A DNA stretch of 62,910 nt, filler included, from Octopus bimaculoides (lineage: Eukaryota): the NCBI RefSeq assembly GCF_001194135.2. It is 6 parts of 6 records of this genome, joined end to end, with 100 filler letters (N's around TTAATTAATTAA, not from the genome) between each part and the next. Parts side by side here need not be neighbours in the genome. Positions count along the whole stretch, not along the records: positions 1 to 9,210 come from NC_069008.1; positions 9,311 to 34,794 come from NC_068999.1; 4 more parts are not named here. One strand, given 5' to 3'. Positions 1 to 11,111 of this stretch are shown here, piece after piece. The translations under genes were made by a program, and so were the position numbers. The notes under the pieces were generated by a model. The model was not told the origin of the DNA, made no database searches, and worked only from the letters and a program-made list of their open reading frames with translations. Position 1 is the stretch's first letter; each line of letters begins with the position of its first letter.

Positions 1-1068
1 TAAGCTACTATTTTGAGAGAATGATTTACCACAGATATCACAGTGATCTGGTTTTTCACCTCTATGAATTCGTTTGTCAGTACTTAAGTGATCATTTTGA
101 GGGAATGATTGACTACAGATATCACAGTGATATGGCTTCTCTCCTCTATGAATATATTTGTGTGTAGTTAAATTGCCATTTTGTGAGAATGATTTACCAC
201 AGATTCTACAGCAATATGTCTTCTTTCCTGTATGAATACGTTTATGTCGAACTAAATTCCAATTTTGTGAGAATGATTTACTGCAGATATCACAGCAATA
301 CGTCTTCTTTCCTGTATGAATACGCGTGTGTCTAACTAAATTCCAATTTTGAGAGAATGATTTACCACAGATATCACAGCGATATGGCTTCTCTCCTCTA
401 TGAATTCGTTTATGAGTACTTAAGTTAACACTTTGAGAGAATGACTTACCACAGATGTCACAGTGATATGGCTTCTCTCCTGAACGAATTCGTTTGCGAG
501 TCCTTAATTTTTTTTTAGAGAATGATTGACCACTGATATCACAGCGATATGGCTTCTCACCTGTATGAATACAGTTGTGCGTAGGTAAAATACTCTTTTT
601 TGAGAATGATTTATCACTGATTGGAGAGTGATATGGCTTCTCACCTGTATGAATGTGTTTGTGTCTAGTTAAATTGGAATTTTGTGAGAATGATTTACCA
701 CAGATATTACAGTGATATGGCTTCTTTCCTGAATGAATTCGTTTGTGGGTTCTTAAGTTACCATTTTGAGAGAATGACTTACCACAGATATCACAGTAAT
801 ATGGTTTCTCTCCTGTATGAATATGCTTGTGTTTAACTAAATTGGAATTTTGTGAGAATGATTTGCCACAGATGTCACAGTGATATGGCTCCTCTCCTGA
901 ATGAATTCGTTTGTGAGTTTTTAAGTTACTATTTTGAGAGAATGATTTACCACAGATGTCACAGCGATATGGGTTCTCTCCAGTGTGAATACGTTTGTGA
1001 GCTTCTAAGTTACCATTTTGAGAGAATGATTTGCCACAGATATCACAGTAGTATGATGTTTTACCCAT
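1..1068 (-). CDS. Tandem C2H2 zinc-finger protein, 356 codons visible, 3' end outside window
   Basis: Manual translation gives [44 protein letters not shown]... with no stop from 1068 to position 1. There are 12 complete 28-aa units with TGEKP-type linkers plus a partial 13th. A splice acceptor (ttttttctaatAG, AG at 1080-1079) lies 10 nt upstream of the ATG. The ORF is missing from the supplied track, probably because it runs off the window. Confidence 0.93.
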   Translation of the reverse strand, partial: MGKTSYYCDICGKSFSQNGNLEAHKRIHTGENPYRCDICGKSFSQNSNLKTHKRIHSGEEPYHCDICGKSFSQNSNLVKHKHIHTGEKPYYCDICGKSFSQNGNLRTHKRIHSGKKPYHCNICGKSFSQNSNLTRHKHIHTGEKPYHSPISDKSFSKKSILPTHNCIHTGEKPYRCDISGQSFSKKKLRTRKRIRSGEKPYHCDICGKSFSQSVNLSTHKRIHRGEKPYRCDICGKSFSQNWNLVRHTRIHTGKKTYCCDICSKSFSQNWNLVRHKRIHTGKKTYCCRICGKSFSQNGNLTTHKYIHRGEKPYHCDICSQSFPQNDHLSTDKRIHRGEKPDHCDICGKSFSQNSSL

Positions 1069-1679
1069 GTCTTTTTTCCTATTAGAAAAACCAATTTTTT
1101 TAAAACTGCCCTTTCGACGTAACTTTGTTCTCACACGATTCATTTTCTATAATTTTTCTTATCGAAATATGGAGCAATTTTCTGTTGTATTTTATACTCA
1201 ATAAATACTGCTGTTTCCACCACCTGTGATCTTTGATAATATCTCAAGATGCTCTGAGTTCAATGCTTTAAGTTCAATTAAAATACAAAATGTTTTTCTG
1301 AATATTGCAGCCAGTGAAGTATAAAAATGTTTCTATGAAGCTTAGTTCACAAAAAATATCATCAATGTGTATAAAGAACACTGTCTTTAAAACAATAAGA
1401 AATATTGATCATGTACATATGAGCAAGCCACGAATTCACATCTACAGCAAGACTGAGTTCTCTGCTTCATTTATTCATGTCAAACCGTCCAACATTTGCC
1501 AGCATGAAAAAGTAGACATAAAAAATGATGATCATGAAAATCTTGAACAGTTCTTCCAATGATCTTTGATAATCTGAAACAACAGAGAAGCAAGAAATCA
1601 AGATATACAAAATGCTTAAACAGTAAAACTACAGAAGTGAAAATTATACTGTATTTCTGTACTGATGAACATCAGAAAA

Positions 1680-1985
1680 ATCATCATCATTGTTTAACAC
1701 CGTCATTTTATGCTGGCAAAGGTTGGATGGCTTGACAGGAGCTGGTAAGGCAAGAACTTGTGCCATGCTTCTGCGTCTGTTTTGGAATGGTTTTCATGGA
1801 TGGATGCCCTTCCTAACACCAACAACTCTGTAGAGTGGGCCGAGGGTGTTTCACATGGCATTCATGCAGGTAAGGAGAGTTTTGATGTGGTCTTTACAGC
1901 TTGATGCCCTTCCAAATGCCAACTGCCTTAGAGTGTGGACTGGGTGCTTTTTAAGTGGCACCTGCACTGCCGGGGTCACAAAGTG
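1680..1985 (-). mobile_element. SINE-like / RTE 3'-tail repeat (family C, (GAT)n tail)
   Basis: Reverse complement of the GGAAGGGCATCCAGC...TCCAACC...GCATG...TTAAACGATGATGA consensus seen in at least 8 copies in the window. Confidence 0.75.
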
Positions 1986-2289
1986 ACTTTGCAATTACAG
2001 ACTCTTTGAGAAGGATGGGGGGGAATTGGAGGAATTGATCTTGGGTCGGATGATGAAAGATTAGAGTGTGACAGAGAGGCAGAAACAAATGTCTTGCTGC
2101 AGAGGAGGTCAACAGTTACCCAACCAGAGAGAGAGAGAGAGAGAGTGAGAGAGAGACAAAGCGTTAACAAGAATGAGAACAGAAACAGGCGTGCTGGTGA
2201 AAAGGAGGGACATGATTGCTTAGAGAGAGAGTGTGGGAGGTAAGATCCTATCATTGTATTGTCCCCTCTATGTTAGCCCGCATGGGTAA

Positions 2290-2640
2290 TAAAAAAACAG
2301 ATCCTATGTGAGTGCCATGACCCCTAACATCCTGAGATCAATCCTCAACACTTCATCTCATGTCTTCCTGGGTTTCCCTCTTCCACAGGTGCCATCCACT
2401 TTCGGTGACCAGTACTTCTTTACACAGCTGTCTTCGTTCATTTGCATCACATTCCAACCCAAGGTAGTCTTCTCTCTTGCATGCTGCATTTGATGCTTCC
2501 GAAAATCCCAAAGAATATTCTCCTTGTGATGTATTTACTGCCTGACCACCTAACTCGGACCCCTCTCTCTCTCTTCGATTTTACCACCCGGTTCACCATC
2601 TCTTCCCCCCACCTTAACCCTAACTCTATATAAACCAGCT
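2290..2640 (-). mobile_element. RTE-clade LINE, degenerate C-terminal fragment
   Basis: Minus strand reads VDGTCGRGKPRKT*DEVLRIDLRMLG, matching the GRPRKTW motif at the end of RTE ORFs. Confidence 0.7.
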
Positions 2641-4190
2641 CAATGCTCTGCTTCCCCTAACTGAGTTTGAATTCCTCTGCTGATAGAATACGAAATTCAG
2701 AAAATGAACAGATAAGAATTTTATCCTTTCAACCTCGTTCATGTACTCCTGTTTCTGCATAGATCATAACCCTATTACCACCCCCATTCATTCTTTATTA
2801 TCTATCTATTTCTTTACCATGTAAACATAGCCCGATAGATTAGTCTTCCTTGTTTGTCTTAAATTCATGCATATCCGTTAATCATCACATTTTATTTATT
2901 TTATTTTATTCAAGTTTATCATTTCTTTAATTCATTCTCTCTAAATTTGTCTACCATAGTATTCAAGTGCAGAAGTGGCTCTCACCTAAACTTGCTGGCT
3001 CATGGTACACCTGCCCTCCCACCCGCTCCACAAGCACCGGAAGTTCCTATCTTCTGTCATCTTTGGTTGTCTCCCACGAACACTTCTAAGGGCCTAATGC
3101 CATCCCCACCCCTAACCAGGATTTATCTATCATATAGCACATAAAAATGGTGTAGTGTATGCAGGTTGTAGGCTATTGTTTGTTTATAAACTCTGCCAAA
3201 TGCAAGCTTTCTTTTCAGGTACAGGACACTGCTGTCCCTCATCCCAGGGTCTCACAGGCCCACACCCTCAGAGTTGGCACACTGAAAGGTAGGACTGGTG
3301 AGATTGTTGAGATGCTTGAACGGAGAGGTGTAGATTTGTGCTGTATCCAAGAAGTAAGGTGGAGAGGAGGTTCCTCACAGGCAAAGAACACAGGTACAAG
3401 ATTTTCTGGGCAGAGAACACTGATGGGGTCGGGGGCGTGGGAATACTTCTTGCGGAGAAATGGGTTGATAAGGTAATCGACGTAGTCAGAGTATGTGACA
3501 GAGTACTTAAGATTAGATTGGTGCTTCACCATAGGGTAGCTACCGTTATCTCGGCCTATGCCCCTCAACCAGGGCTACCGGATGGGCAGAAAGACCGATT
3601 TTATGACACCTTTTTGCAGACTACCTCATTGACAAATGACAGGGACCTTCTCTTTGTGGCTGGTGATTTCAATGGACATGGTGGACAACATGCAGGGGGC
3701 TTCCATGGCGTACATGGAGGCTATGGTTTTGGTTCCCGCAATGAGGAGGGAACCAGACTGCTGGAGTTCTGCGATGCACATGATCTTATGGTTTGCAATA
3801 CCAACTTCAGGAAACCTGCCTGTCACCCAGTCACCTACCGTTCCGGCAGACACACTAGCCAAATTGACTACATCCTCACCAGAAAAAGGGAAAGAGGACT
3901 GCTTATAAATGCCAAAACCTTCCCAGGTGAAGAATGTACCCTTCAACACAGATTAGTAGTTAGCGACTTCGGGATCAGGGCTAAATGGATGCCTAGAAGT
4001 AGACCAGCTTAGAGGAGAAGGGTCTGGAAGCTTAAAGATCCTGCGAATGGACAGAGATTTCGAGATGTGTTATTTCGACGAAATAGAAGGGGATATAGCA
4101 TCACATAATGTGGAAGACAACTGGAGGTTTTCTGATCAAGCTGTCCAACGCATGCGAGCACGAACATCATATGATGATGATGATGATGAT
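2640..4190 (+). mobile_element. RTE-clade LINE derivative: 5' region, frameshifted AP endonuclease, then the 3' tail (RT deleted)
   Basis: TLRVGTLKGR...DLCCIQEVRW (ORF 3159-3476) frameshifts near 3370 into ...VISAYAPQ...VAGDFNGH...SQIDYIL...QHRLVVSDF (ORF 3338-4012). GTCCAAC..ATG..(GAT)n tail at about 4140-4190. Confidence 0.88.
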
Positions 4191-4951
4191 CACAGTGATA
4201 TGGTTTCATAAAGTTATTCTATCATAAATGTGTATAAAGAACATTTAAGTCTGTTCTGTAAAACATTCAATCTTTAAAAAGTTAAGAATTATTGATGTAT
4301 ACATGGCCAAAAAATGTATTCACCTCTTCAACAAGACCCTTNNNNNNNNNNNNNNNNNNNNNNNNNNNNNNATAAGGGGGTTGACTTTTTCTGATTAAAC
4401 TCTTCAAAGCTGTGCTCCAGCATGGCTGCAGTTCAGCGACTGCAGCAAGCAACACGCAAAAGATAAAAACCAGATCAACAACGAAGCTTATATGAAGAGG
4501 AAAATTTTTTTTAAATAAAAGATGGGGAAAAAAAACAACAAGAACAGATGAAAAGAAAATAGCTTCGGATCTATTTTAAAACGGGGGCCACATTTTTCAT
4601 TAATGTTCTACGTAGTGTTTTTGGTACGGAAAGACTTTCAAACTTCGTATACTTATCTATTTTGTGTTATAGAACAGAAAAATATTTTTGTACACCACTA
4701 GTAACTTCTTTTTTAAGTCCCTTACTCCATCAACTACTTTTGCCGAATCGCTGCGTTAGAGGGGCATAAACAGATGAACCCCGTTCGTTAAGAATTGATG
4801 GGGGACAAACATGAAGACACACGACAGATATTCCGATAGTCACAATGTGAATTTCGGAATTCACACAGCCTATGAAATATATCTTCTGAAAACTGGATTA
4901 ATTAAATTGTTTAAATGAAGACAGAAATTAATGAGAAAGAACGAAAACGAT

Positions 4952-5230
4952 ACTTACATAGCGATTGTAGCTTTAAGATGAAATAACGAGGAATGAACTG
5001 AAGTAGGAAGACTTGAATTAGTGAGGACATTGATATATTTCGTACAACTTTCAAATATTTCTTATAGCATATCTCTATTTGTCACTTGTGATTAATTAAA
5101 AATGTGTTATTCTAATTACTTATTACTAAGATAGTCTAAATAAATAAAGAATAATAAATCTTAAACTTCCGTAGATAGAACCAGGAGTGATACTGGTAAA
5201 ACGGAAGTGACATTCTTTCTTTGGGAAGAA
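4952..5230 (-). promoter_or_regulatory. Possible promoter and non-coding first exon of the zinc-finger gene
   Basis: Minus-strand GTAAGT donor at 4957-4952, two ETS-like ACGGAAGT motifs (about 5165-5172 and 5200-5207) and a locally CpG-retaining segment. Motif-level evidence only. Confidence 0.22.
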
Positions 5231-5544
5231 CTGACCTAGAAATGAGCGTTATAAATGTCTATATTATTTAATCCGGGGTGAAAACTAAACGAGGAAATAA
5301 ACGGTAACTGACAAATGATTTGATTTTCAGCTGATGTTATTATGGTGTTAGGCAATTTACGGAGATTTTATATTTCCCTTTAGCTAATCCTTCAATATGG
5401 GAGATGTAATAAAGTAAATAAAATTAAAGGGGATATAAGTAAGTCAACTTACTGTTAAAGAACTTAGACCCTGGATATAGCAACCAAAAAGTCTTCCTCT
5501 TCGGTTTAGAATTCCTCCGTATAAATTCGTGTAAATATGACACG

Positions 5545-5820
5545 GACAAATTATCTGACATTCCAAATCAACGTCGTAATTGTCTTTTAACACGCATCCA
5601 CAATTTTCCACATTTTGCGTATGGACTTCCTTATTTGCCGGATCAACGAAGCTGATGCACAATCACTTCGTGAGTGTACACACTACCATTTTGGCTTCCA
5701 ATGTTTTTGTAGGATCGCCAGCCATCACTCACTATGTGACTCCCTGGAAGAACCAGAGCAGAGGAAGTCTGCTCAGTACGGTCAGGCACTTCAACCAGGA
5801 TGTAGTTTTTTTTAAATAAC
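5545..5820 (-). mobile_element. Merlin (ISXO2/IS1595-like) DDE transposase fragment, frameshifted
   Basis: ILVEVPDRTEQT...PGSHIVSDGWRSY...HEVIVH + FVDPANKEVHTQNVEN matches the Merlin/IS1016 motifs SDxWxxY, VNH and HTQxxE. Confidence 0.85.
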
Positions 5821-6509
5821 AAAGTATACACACTGTAATTATGACAAAATAAATGCTTAAATAATCTCCGTGAATACACATTCAAGACGAAGAGAAGGCC
5901 TGCTCAGTTCATGAGAGTACTACCATATCTGTTGTCTGCTGAGCTTAATAAGAAGTTGATAAAACACCCGTTGTATGTTCAAAAATAGGATTTTATGACA
6001 GCAACTCCCAGTACTTCAATTTCACACCCAAAACTAGTCTATTTATAAGTTTCATTAGGATATGTTCTAGAAGTTTGCATCACGTGACAGCTCAATGCTG
6101 ATTGGTGAGTTCATTGGCCAATCATGTGAAATGGCTATGACCTTTACTGGGCAATTTGCTGATCCGGTTTTGAGTCTGCTACATGTCTGACAAATATTTT
6201 CTGTGTGAGTAATAGATTGCATTTGGGGAAACTGCAGCATTTTGCTCTTTTTTCAAGAAAACTTGCATTTCTGAGGTTGCATGTAAATTTGTAGATACAT
6301 ACCTTAATGCACCTGTGATGATAGATACAAACACAAATTTATACTCAGATGCAAGAATGTAATTTCTGCATTAATGCACCAGAAATGTTGTCTTTCTTTG
6401 GCCTTTTGATGATGACACTCACATCTGCTGGGAAGCTAACCTCTATAAGAGAGCAAGGTATTGTTCCTTGTCTGGTAGAACAACATCAGATCTGTTCTGC
6501 TTGCACTAG

Positions 6510-6955
6510 ATTCATCATCATCATCATCATTTAACGCCCGCTTTCCATGCTAGCATGGGTTGGAAGATTTGACTGAGGACTGGTGGACCAAGTGGCTACA
6601 CCAGGCTCCAATCTGATTTGACAGAGTTTCTACAGCTGGATGCCCTTCCTAATGCCAACCACTCCGAGAGTGTAGTGGGTGCTTTTATGTGCCACCGGCA
6701 TGAAGGCCAGTCAGGCGGTACTGGCAACGGCCATGCTCGAAATGGTGTATTTTACGTGCCACCTGCACAGGAGCCAGTCCAGCTGCACTGGCAACGACCT
6801 TGCTCGAATGTCTTTTCACGTGCTACTGGCACAAGTGCCAGGAAGGCAACGTTGGTAACGATCACGCTCAAATGGAGCTATTTACGTGCCACCGGCACGG
6901 AAGCCAGACAGCTGCTCTGGCAACGATCACACTCAGACGGTGCTCGCTGTTTTTA
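6510..6955 (-). mobile_element. Family C SINE-like repeat, CpG-rich copy with internal tandem subrepeats
   Basis: (CAT)n at 6513-6530, then TTTAACGCCCGCTTTCCATGCTAGCATGGGTTGG and repeated CACGTG/GCAACGA units. Confidence 0.8.
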
Positions 6956-7200
6956 TGGAAGTACTACACTAGTGTTCCATGTTTTTAATGTGAGCTAATT
7001 CTGGATCTGATATTCTTTTGATGTATCTGTCAGAGAAATCCTTCCTGCAGATAGCACTATAAATGGTTTTTGCAATGATATCATGTGTTATGGGCAGGTA
7101 GTATCTTAGACGTTTTATGCTGGTCACGGATAATGTTGAACTCTCAAGAGTTCTTTCCTGTTCGGTAGCTCTTTTCTCAGGGAAGTAATGCAGCATCCAA
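6950..7200 (-). mobile_element. RLE-type non-LTR retroelement fragment (region between CCHC and RLE)
   Basis: RYYLPITHDIIAKTIYSAICRKD...PELAHIKNMEH*CSTSIK resembles the RHD..AK.IY...EYWWNxSIKT segment of RLE retroelements. Confidence 0.55.
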
Positions 7201-7712
7201 AGGTTCTTTCCACTGATGTAATATCTCTGCTTTTATCTCACTTCAGCAGGAAAATGTGGCACATCACACACCTGCACAGGAAATGTTCCTTTGAGGGAGA
7301 AAGTGTGACAATGCACAGCATAAATATTTGATCTTTCAAATCAACTTCATAGGTTGTTGATCAAGAAATTACAGAACCTTCTTTTGTTGGATATGAGAGA
7401 CCAGTCATATTTATGGACGATATAAGAGATTATTTCATGGAATGCATTTTAACTGTTGCATTAAAAACACTGCAGTCTCAGTTAATTAACTTCTTTTTTA
7501 TTTTCTTATTGGTATCTTTTATCTTGCTACAGCATGGCCACTTTCAATCATTGGAATGTGGCCAAACAAATCAACTGCAATACTTACTTTTAAAGTCTGT
7601 TACTTATTGTATCAGTCTTTATGGCTGAACCACTAAGTTAAAGGAATAGAAACTACCAACATTGGTTGTCAATTTGTGGTGGAGGACAATCACTAACACC
7701 AAGCTACAGAAA

Positions 7713-7744
<32 letters not shown>

Positions 7745-7748
<4 letters not shown>

Positions 7749-7895
7749 TGGTTGGCATTAGGAAGGGCATCCAGCTGTAGAAACTCTGCCAAATCAGATT
7801 GGAGGCTGGTGTTGCCATCCGGTTTCACCAGTCGTCAGTCAAATCGTCCAACCCATGCTAGCATGGAAAGCAGACATTAAACGATGATGATGATG
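7745..7895 (+). mobile_element. Family C SINE-like repeat, 3' part
   Basis: GTGGTTGGCATTAGGAAGGGCATCCAGCTGTAGAAAC...CCAACCCATGCTAGCATGGAAAG...TTAAACGATGATGATG. Confidence 0.8.
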
Positions 7896-8203
7896 TGTGT
7901 GTGACTTTGTGCCTGTGTTTGTCCACATCACCACCGCTTGACATATAGAAAACTGAAAAGTTTTCAAGTGGGCGGAATAAAAATGAGTACGATCGTTAAT
8001 TTGTGTTTAGGGTACTCTTAATTCACATATGTGTATGTCTGTTCACATATGTATATATGTTTTCCTTTGAAGTCTACTTCAGTTCATCATCTGCTAGCCA
8101 GTTACTAGCAAAGCAACAAAACACCTTCCATGTTGATCTTGCATTAAGAATACAATAACAAAGTATACACACTGGAAAAGACGATTCTTTAGTTATGAGA
8201 AAA

Positions 8204-8284
8204 TGTCTTCTACAATAGCCTTGGGCCGACCAAAGCCTTGTGGGTGGATTTGGTAGATGGAAACTGAAAGAATCCCATTGTATA

Positions 8285-8337
<53 letters not shown>

Positions 8338-8510
8338 ATATATTTGTGTGTCTGTGTTTGTACCCCCAACATGGTTTGGCAAAAGAAACCGATAGAATAA
8401 GTACTAGGCTTGCAAAGAATAAGTCCTGGGGTCGATTTGCTCGACTAAAGGCGGTACTCCAGCATGGCCACAGTCAAATGACTGAAACAAGTAAAAGAGT
8501 AAAAGAGAAT
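8204..8510 (+). mobile_element. tRNA-derived SINE family A (5'-truncated) with internal microsatellite
   Basis: TAGCCTTGGGCCGACCAAAGCCTTGTG..GGATTTGGTAGA.GGAAACTGAAAGAA, then (TG/TA)n, then GATAGAATAAGTACTAGGCTT...GAAACAAGTAAAAGAGTAAAAGAG. Confidence 0.8.
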
Positions 8511-9210
8511 ATATATATATATAGACACACACACACACACACACAATGGATTTGTTTCAGTTTTCGTCAACCAAATCTATTAACGAGGCTTCCCATGTTG
8601 TTGGGAAGCAAACCTCTTGCCACACAACCCAGCTTGTATCTATTTGTGGAAAATTTCCTTAAACAATACCCATTTTTCAAAAACTTATGAAGAAACAAAG
8701 CCGACACAATGAGAAGTTTTGAAAAACTCCTCTCCCCACCCATGGTATTTTTGTTTTTTTACAACAAATTCTGATATAATAGTAATCAACACTATCTGAA
8801 GTGTACTTGTAGAAAGCACATCGTATATATAAATATATATATATTTGTATTTATGTGCTTTTCTGAGTGTATTCCACTGATAAAGGCAGAGCATTTCTTA
8901 TGCAGAGCCAGAAATCCGGGATCTGAAATTATCCAGTAATTTTTGCTAGTTTATTTTGTCTCTTCGTCTTCTCTCCTGGTGCTATATGAGCATTTAATGT
9001 CAAGTTTTGACTGTTATTTCCAGCGTGGTGGTATCTCTTAGATACCCTAAATTATAATATATATATACACACACACATATATATACCCAATGACTGGTGT
9101 AGCAGCACCATAGTAAACTGCTACAAAGGTAAAGGTGACGCTTTAGACACTAATAATTACAGAGGCATCAAGCTGTTAGATCAGGTTATGAAAGTTACGG
9201 AGAGGGTCAT

Positions 9211-9310
9211 NNNNNNNNNNNNNNNNNNNNNNNNNNNNNNNNNNNNNNNNNNNNTTAATTAATTAANNNNNNNNNNNNNNNNNNNNNNNNNNNNNNNNNN
9301 NNNNNNNNNN
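9211..9310. other. Scaffolding gap with artificial six-frame-stop spacer
   Basis: N-run/TTAATTAATTAA/N-run at 9255, 34839, 45499, 55648 and 61062. Confidence 0.9.
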
Positions 9311-9436
9311 ATAAATAGTGGTCCTCAATAAGTCATTTAAAAATTACTAGCGTTCCCTATTCACCTTTGTTTTCCATATATATATAAACATATTCAAATA
9401 ACATCTTGAGTGTTTGTCTCCATTTTCCCTCATTCT

Positions 9437-9470
<34 letters not shown>

Positions 9471-9521
9471 TATATTTTGTGTGTGTGTGTGTTTGTGTGT
9501 GTGTATGTGTTTGTATGTGTG

Positions 9522-9552
<31 letters not shown>

Positions 9553-9771
9553 TAGTCCAAAGTATACCAGAGAGCCATAGTATTGAGAACTTAATACGTA
9601 TGTATACCTATGTATACGTTCATTCACGGTACCTCTCAACGAGAGGTACCATCATTTCAAAATTTTTCGGTGCTTTATAAACTGAGTGATCGTGTCTACC
9701 ACATGTATGATCTTTTAGTTATGAATCCCTGAAAAAAAAGATAGTGAAATTTGAGATGGTAGTATTTGTAC

Positions 9772-9812
<41 letters not shown>

Positions 9813-9822
9813 NNNNNNNNNN

Positions 9823-9861
<39 letters not shown>

Positions 9862-10110
9862 TATATCATATACATTTATATATACGTATGTATATGTTAT
9901 ATGTATGCACATATATATATGTGTATATATACATATATATATATATATACATACATATACATACATATATACATACATACATATATACATACATACATAC
10001 ACACATATATATATATATATAAACACATACTTATAATATATAAACGTGTGTGGTCATAATTACATTTGTGTTGTTGATTGCTCGTTTTACTCGAAATTAT
10101 TTTTTATTAG

Positions 10111-10214
10111 ATGGACCTTGTCTGTGATAAGCAGTTTGCCTCCACCCACGCGCAGATGAGTGTGATGGGGGGCTTCTTGGCAGGAGCATTCGTCCTGGGG
10201 AGTTTATCCGACAT
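10111..10214 (+). CDS. SLC22 exon A (104 nt): [34 protein letters not shown]
   Basis: tttttattAG acceptor, GTAAGT donor, phase 0 to 2. Confidence 0.92.
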
Positions 10215-11035
10215 GTAAGTCCGCCTCTTCACCCCAATTTGGGTGATTTGCAGGTACCATTATAGCCGAATGTACAACTGCTCAACTCTACCTTTCCCTA
10301 TTTTATATGCATTTTTTGATACTTGTATTTCAAATATTTTTTTTATCTTATAAGCTATGTTAATCATATTGAGGAAGATATCACTATAGAATATATCATC
10401 CAAAATTGTATGTGATAAAGAGAATTATTTTTACTCTAGATTCATGCCTAAATTTTTTAAATGTAATTTTGAAATTGCATTCCTTCTTTCATATCTAGAC
10501 ATATTTCCATACAGGCCATGACAATTGCATATTATTGACTAATAGTAACTACAACTGTATCACAATCTGGGCCAGGGCCCATATTGCTTTCTGCCTAAGC
10601 TGGCTAAGTCCATTGCTGCACATAAATAAACTCGATAGTATGTCGGCTGCAAAGTCTCACCTCATATCATTTGAGTTTGTAGTATGAACCAGCAGAGTTT
10701 TTCGTCTGTTGGTTCGTTTTGAAGACCACTTTCTAGCTTCCATTTAAAAATTTATGAAATTTTAGTTTTACATTACTTATGAAAGCAGTAATACGTTCCT
10801 TGTTAGATGACGGTCTTCTGAGAGGGAGCTATAAACAAATTTAAACTAGAAACTTTTTCAGAAGGACTTTGAATTTCTGTTTGCATATTTTTTATATATT
10901 TTTTCAAGAATACTTTCTTACTTATAAACCTAATGGTCCTTTCCATTTAAAATAGATGACTTGGGGAACTACATTTTTCTGATACAGAGCGTTTTGTTAA
11001 TTCTACGTCAGTATTTCTATGAAGCGCTAGATACG

Positions 11036-11111
<76 letters not shown>

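Noticed and set aside
1-1050. 84-bp periodic repeats resembling CRISPR or satellite DNA, and the plus-strand ORF 852-1085
   Set aside because: The units are codons of C2H2 fingers on the minus strand with no unique spacers; the plus ORF is an antisense shadow.
4009-4209. ORF MKPYHCDHHHHHH as a second zinc-finger gene
   Set aside because: Only 7 finger-like residues; the His run is the antisense of the RTE (GAT)n tail.
9255-9266. TTAATTAATTAA inside N runs (five occurrences)
   Set aside because: Artificial scaffolding spacer with stops in all six frames; not biological, but it marks uncertain joins.
9414-10059. ORF-track entries rich in YI, VC, HT, LSIY or X, here and throughout the window
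   Set aside because: Translations of microsatellites and gaps.
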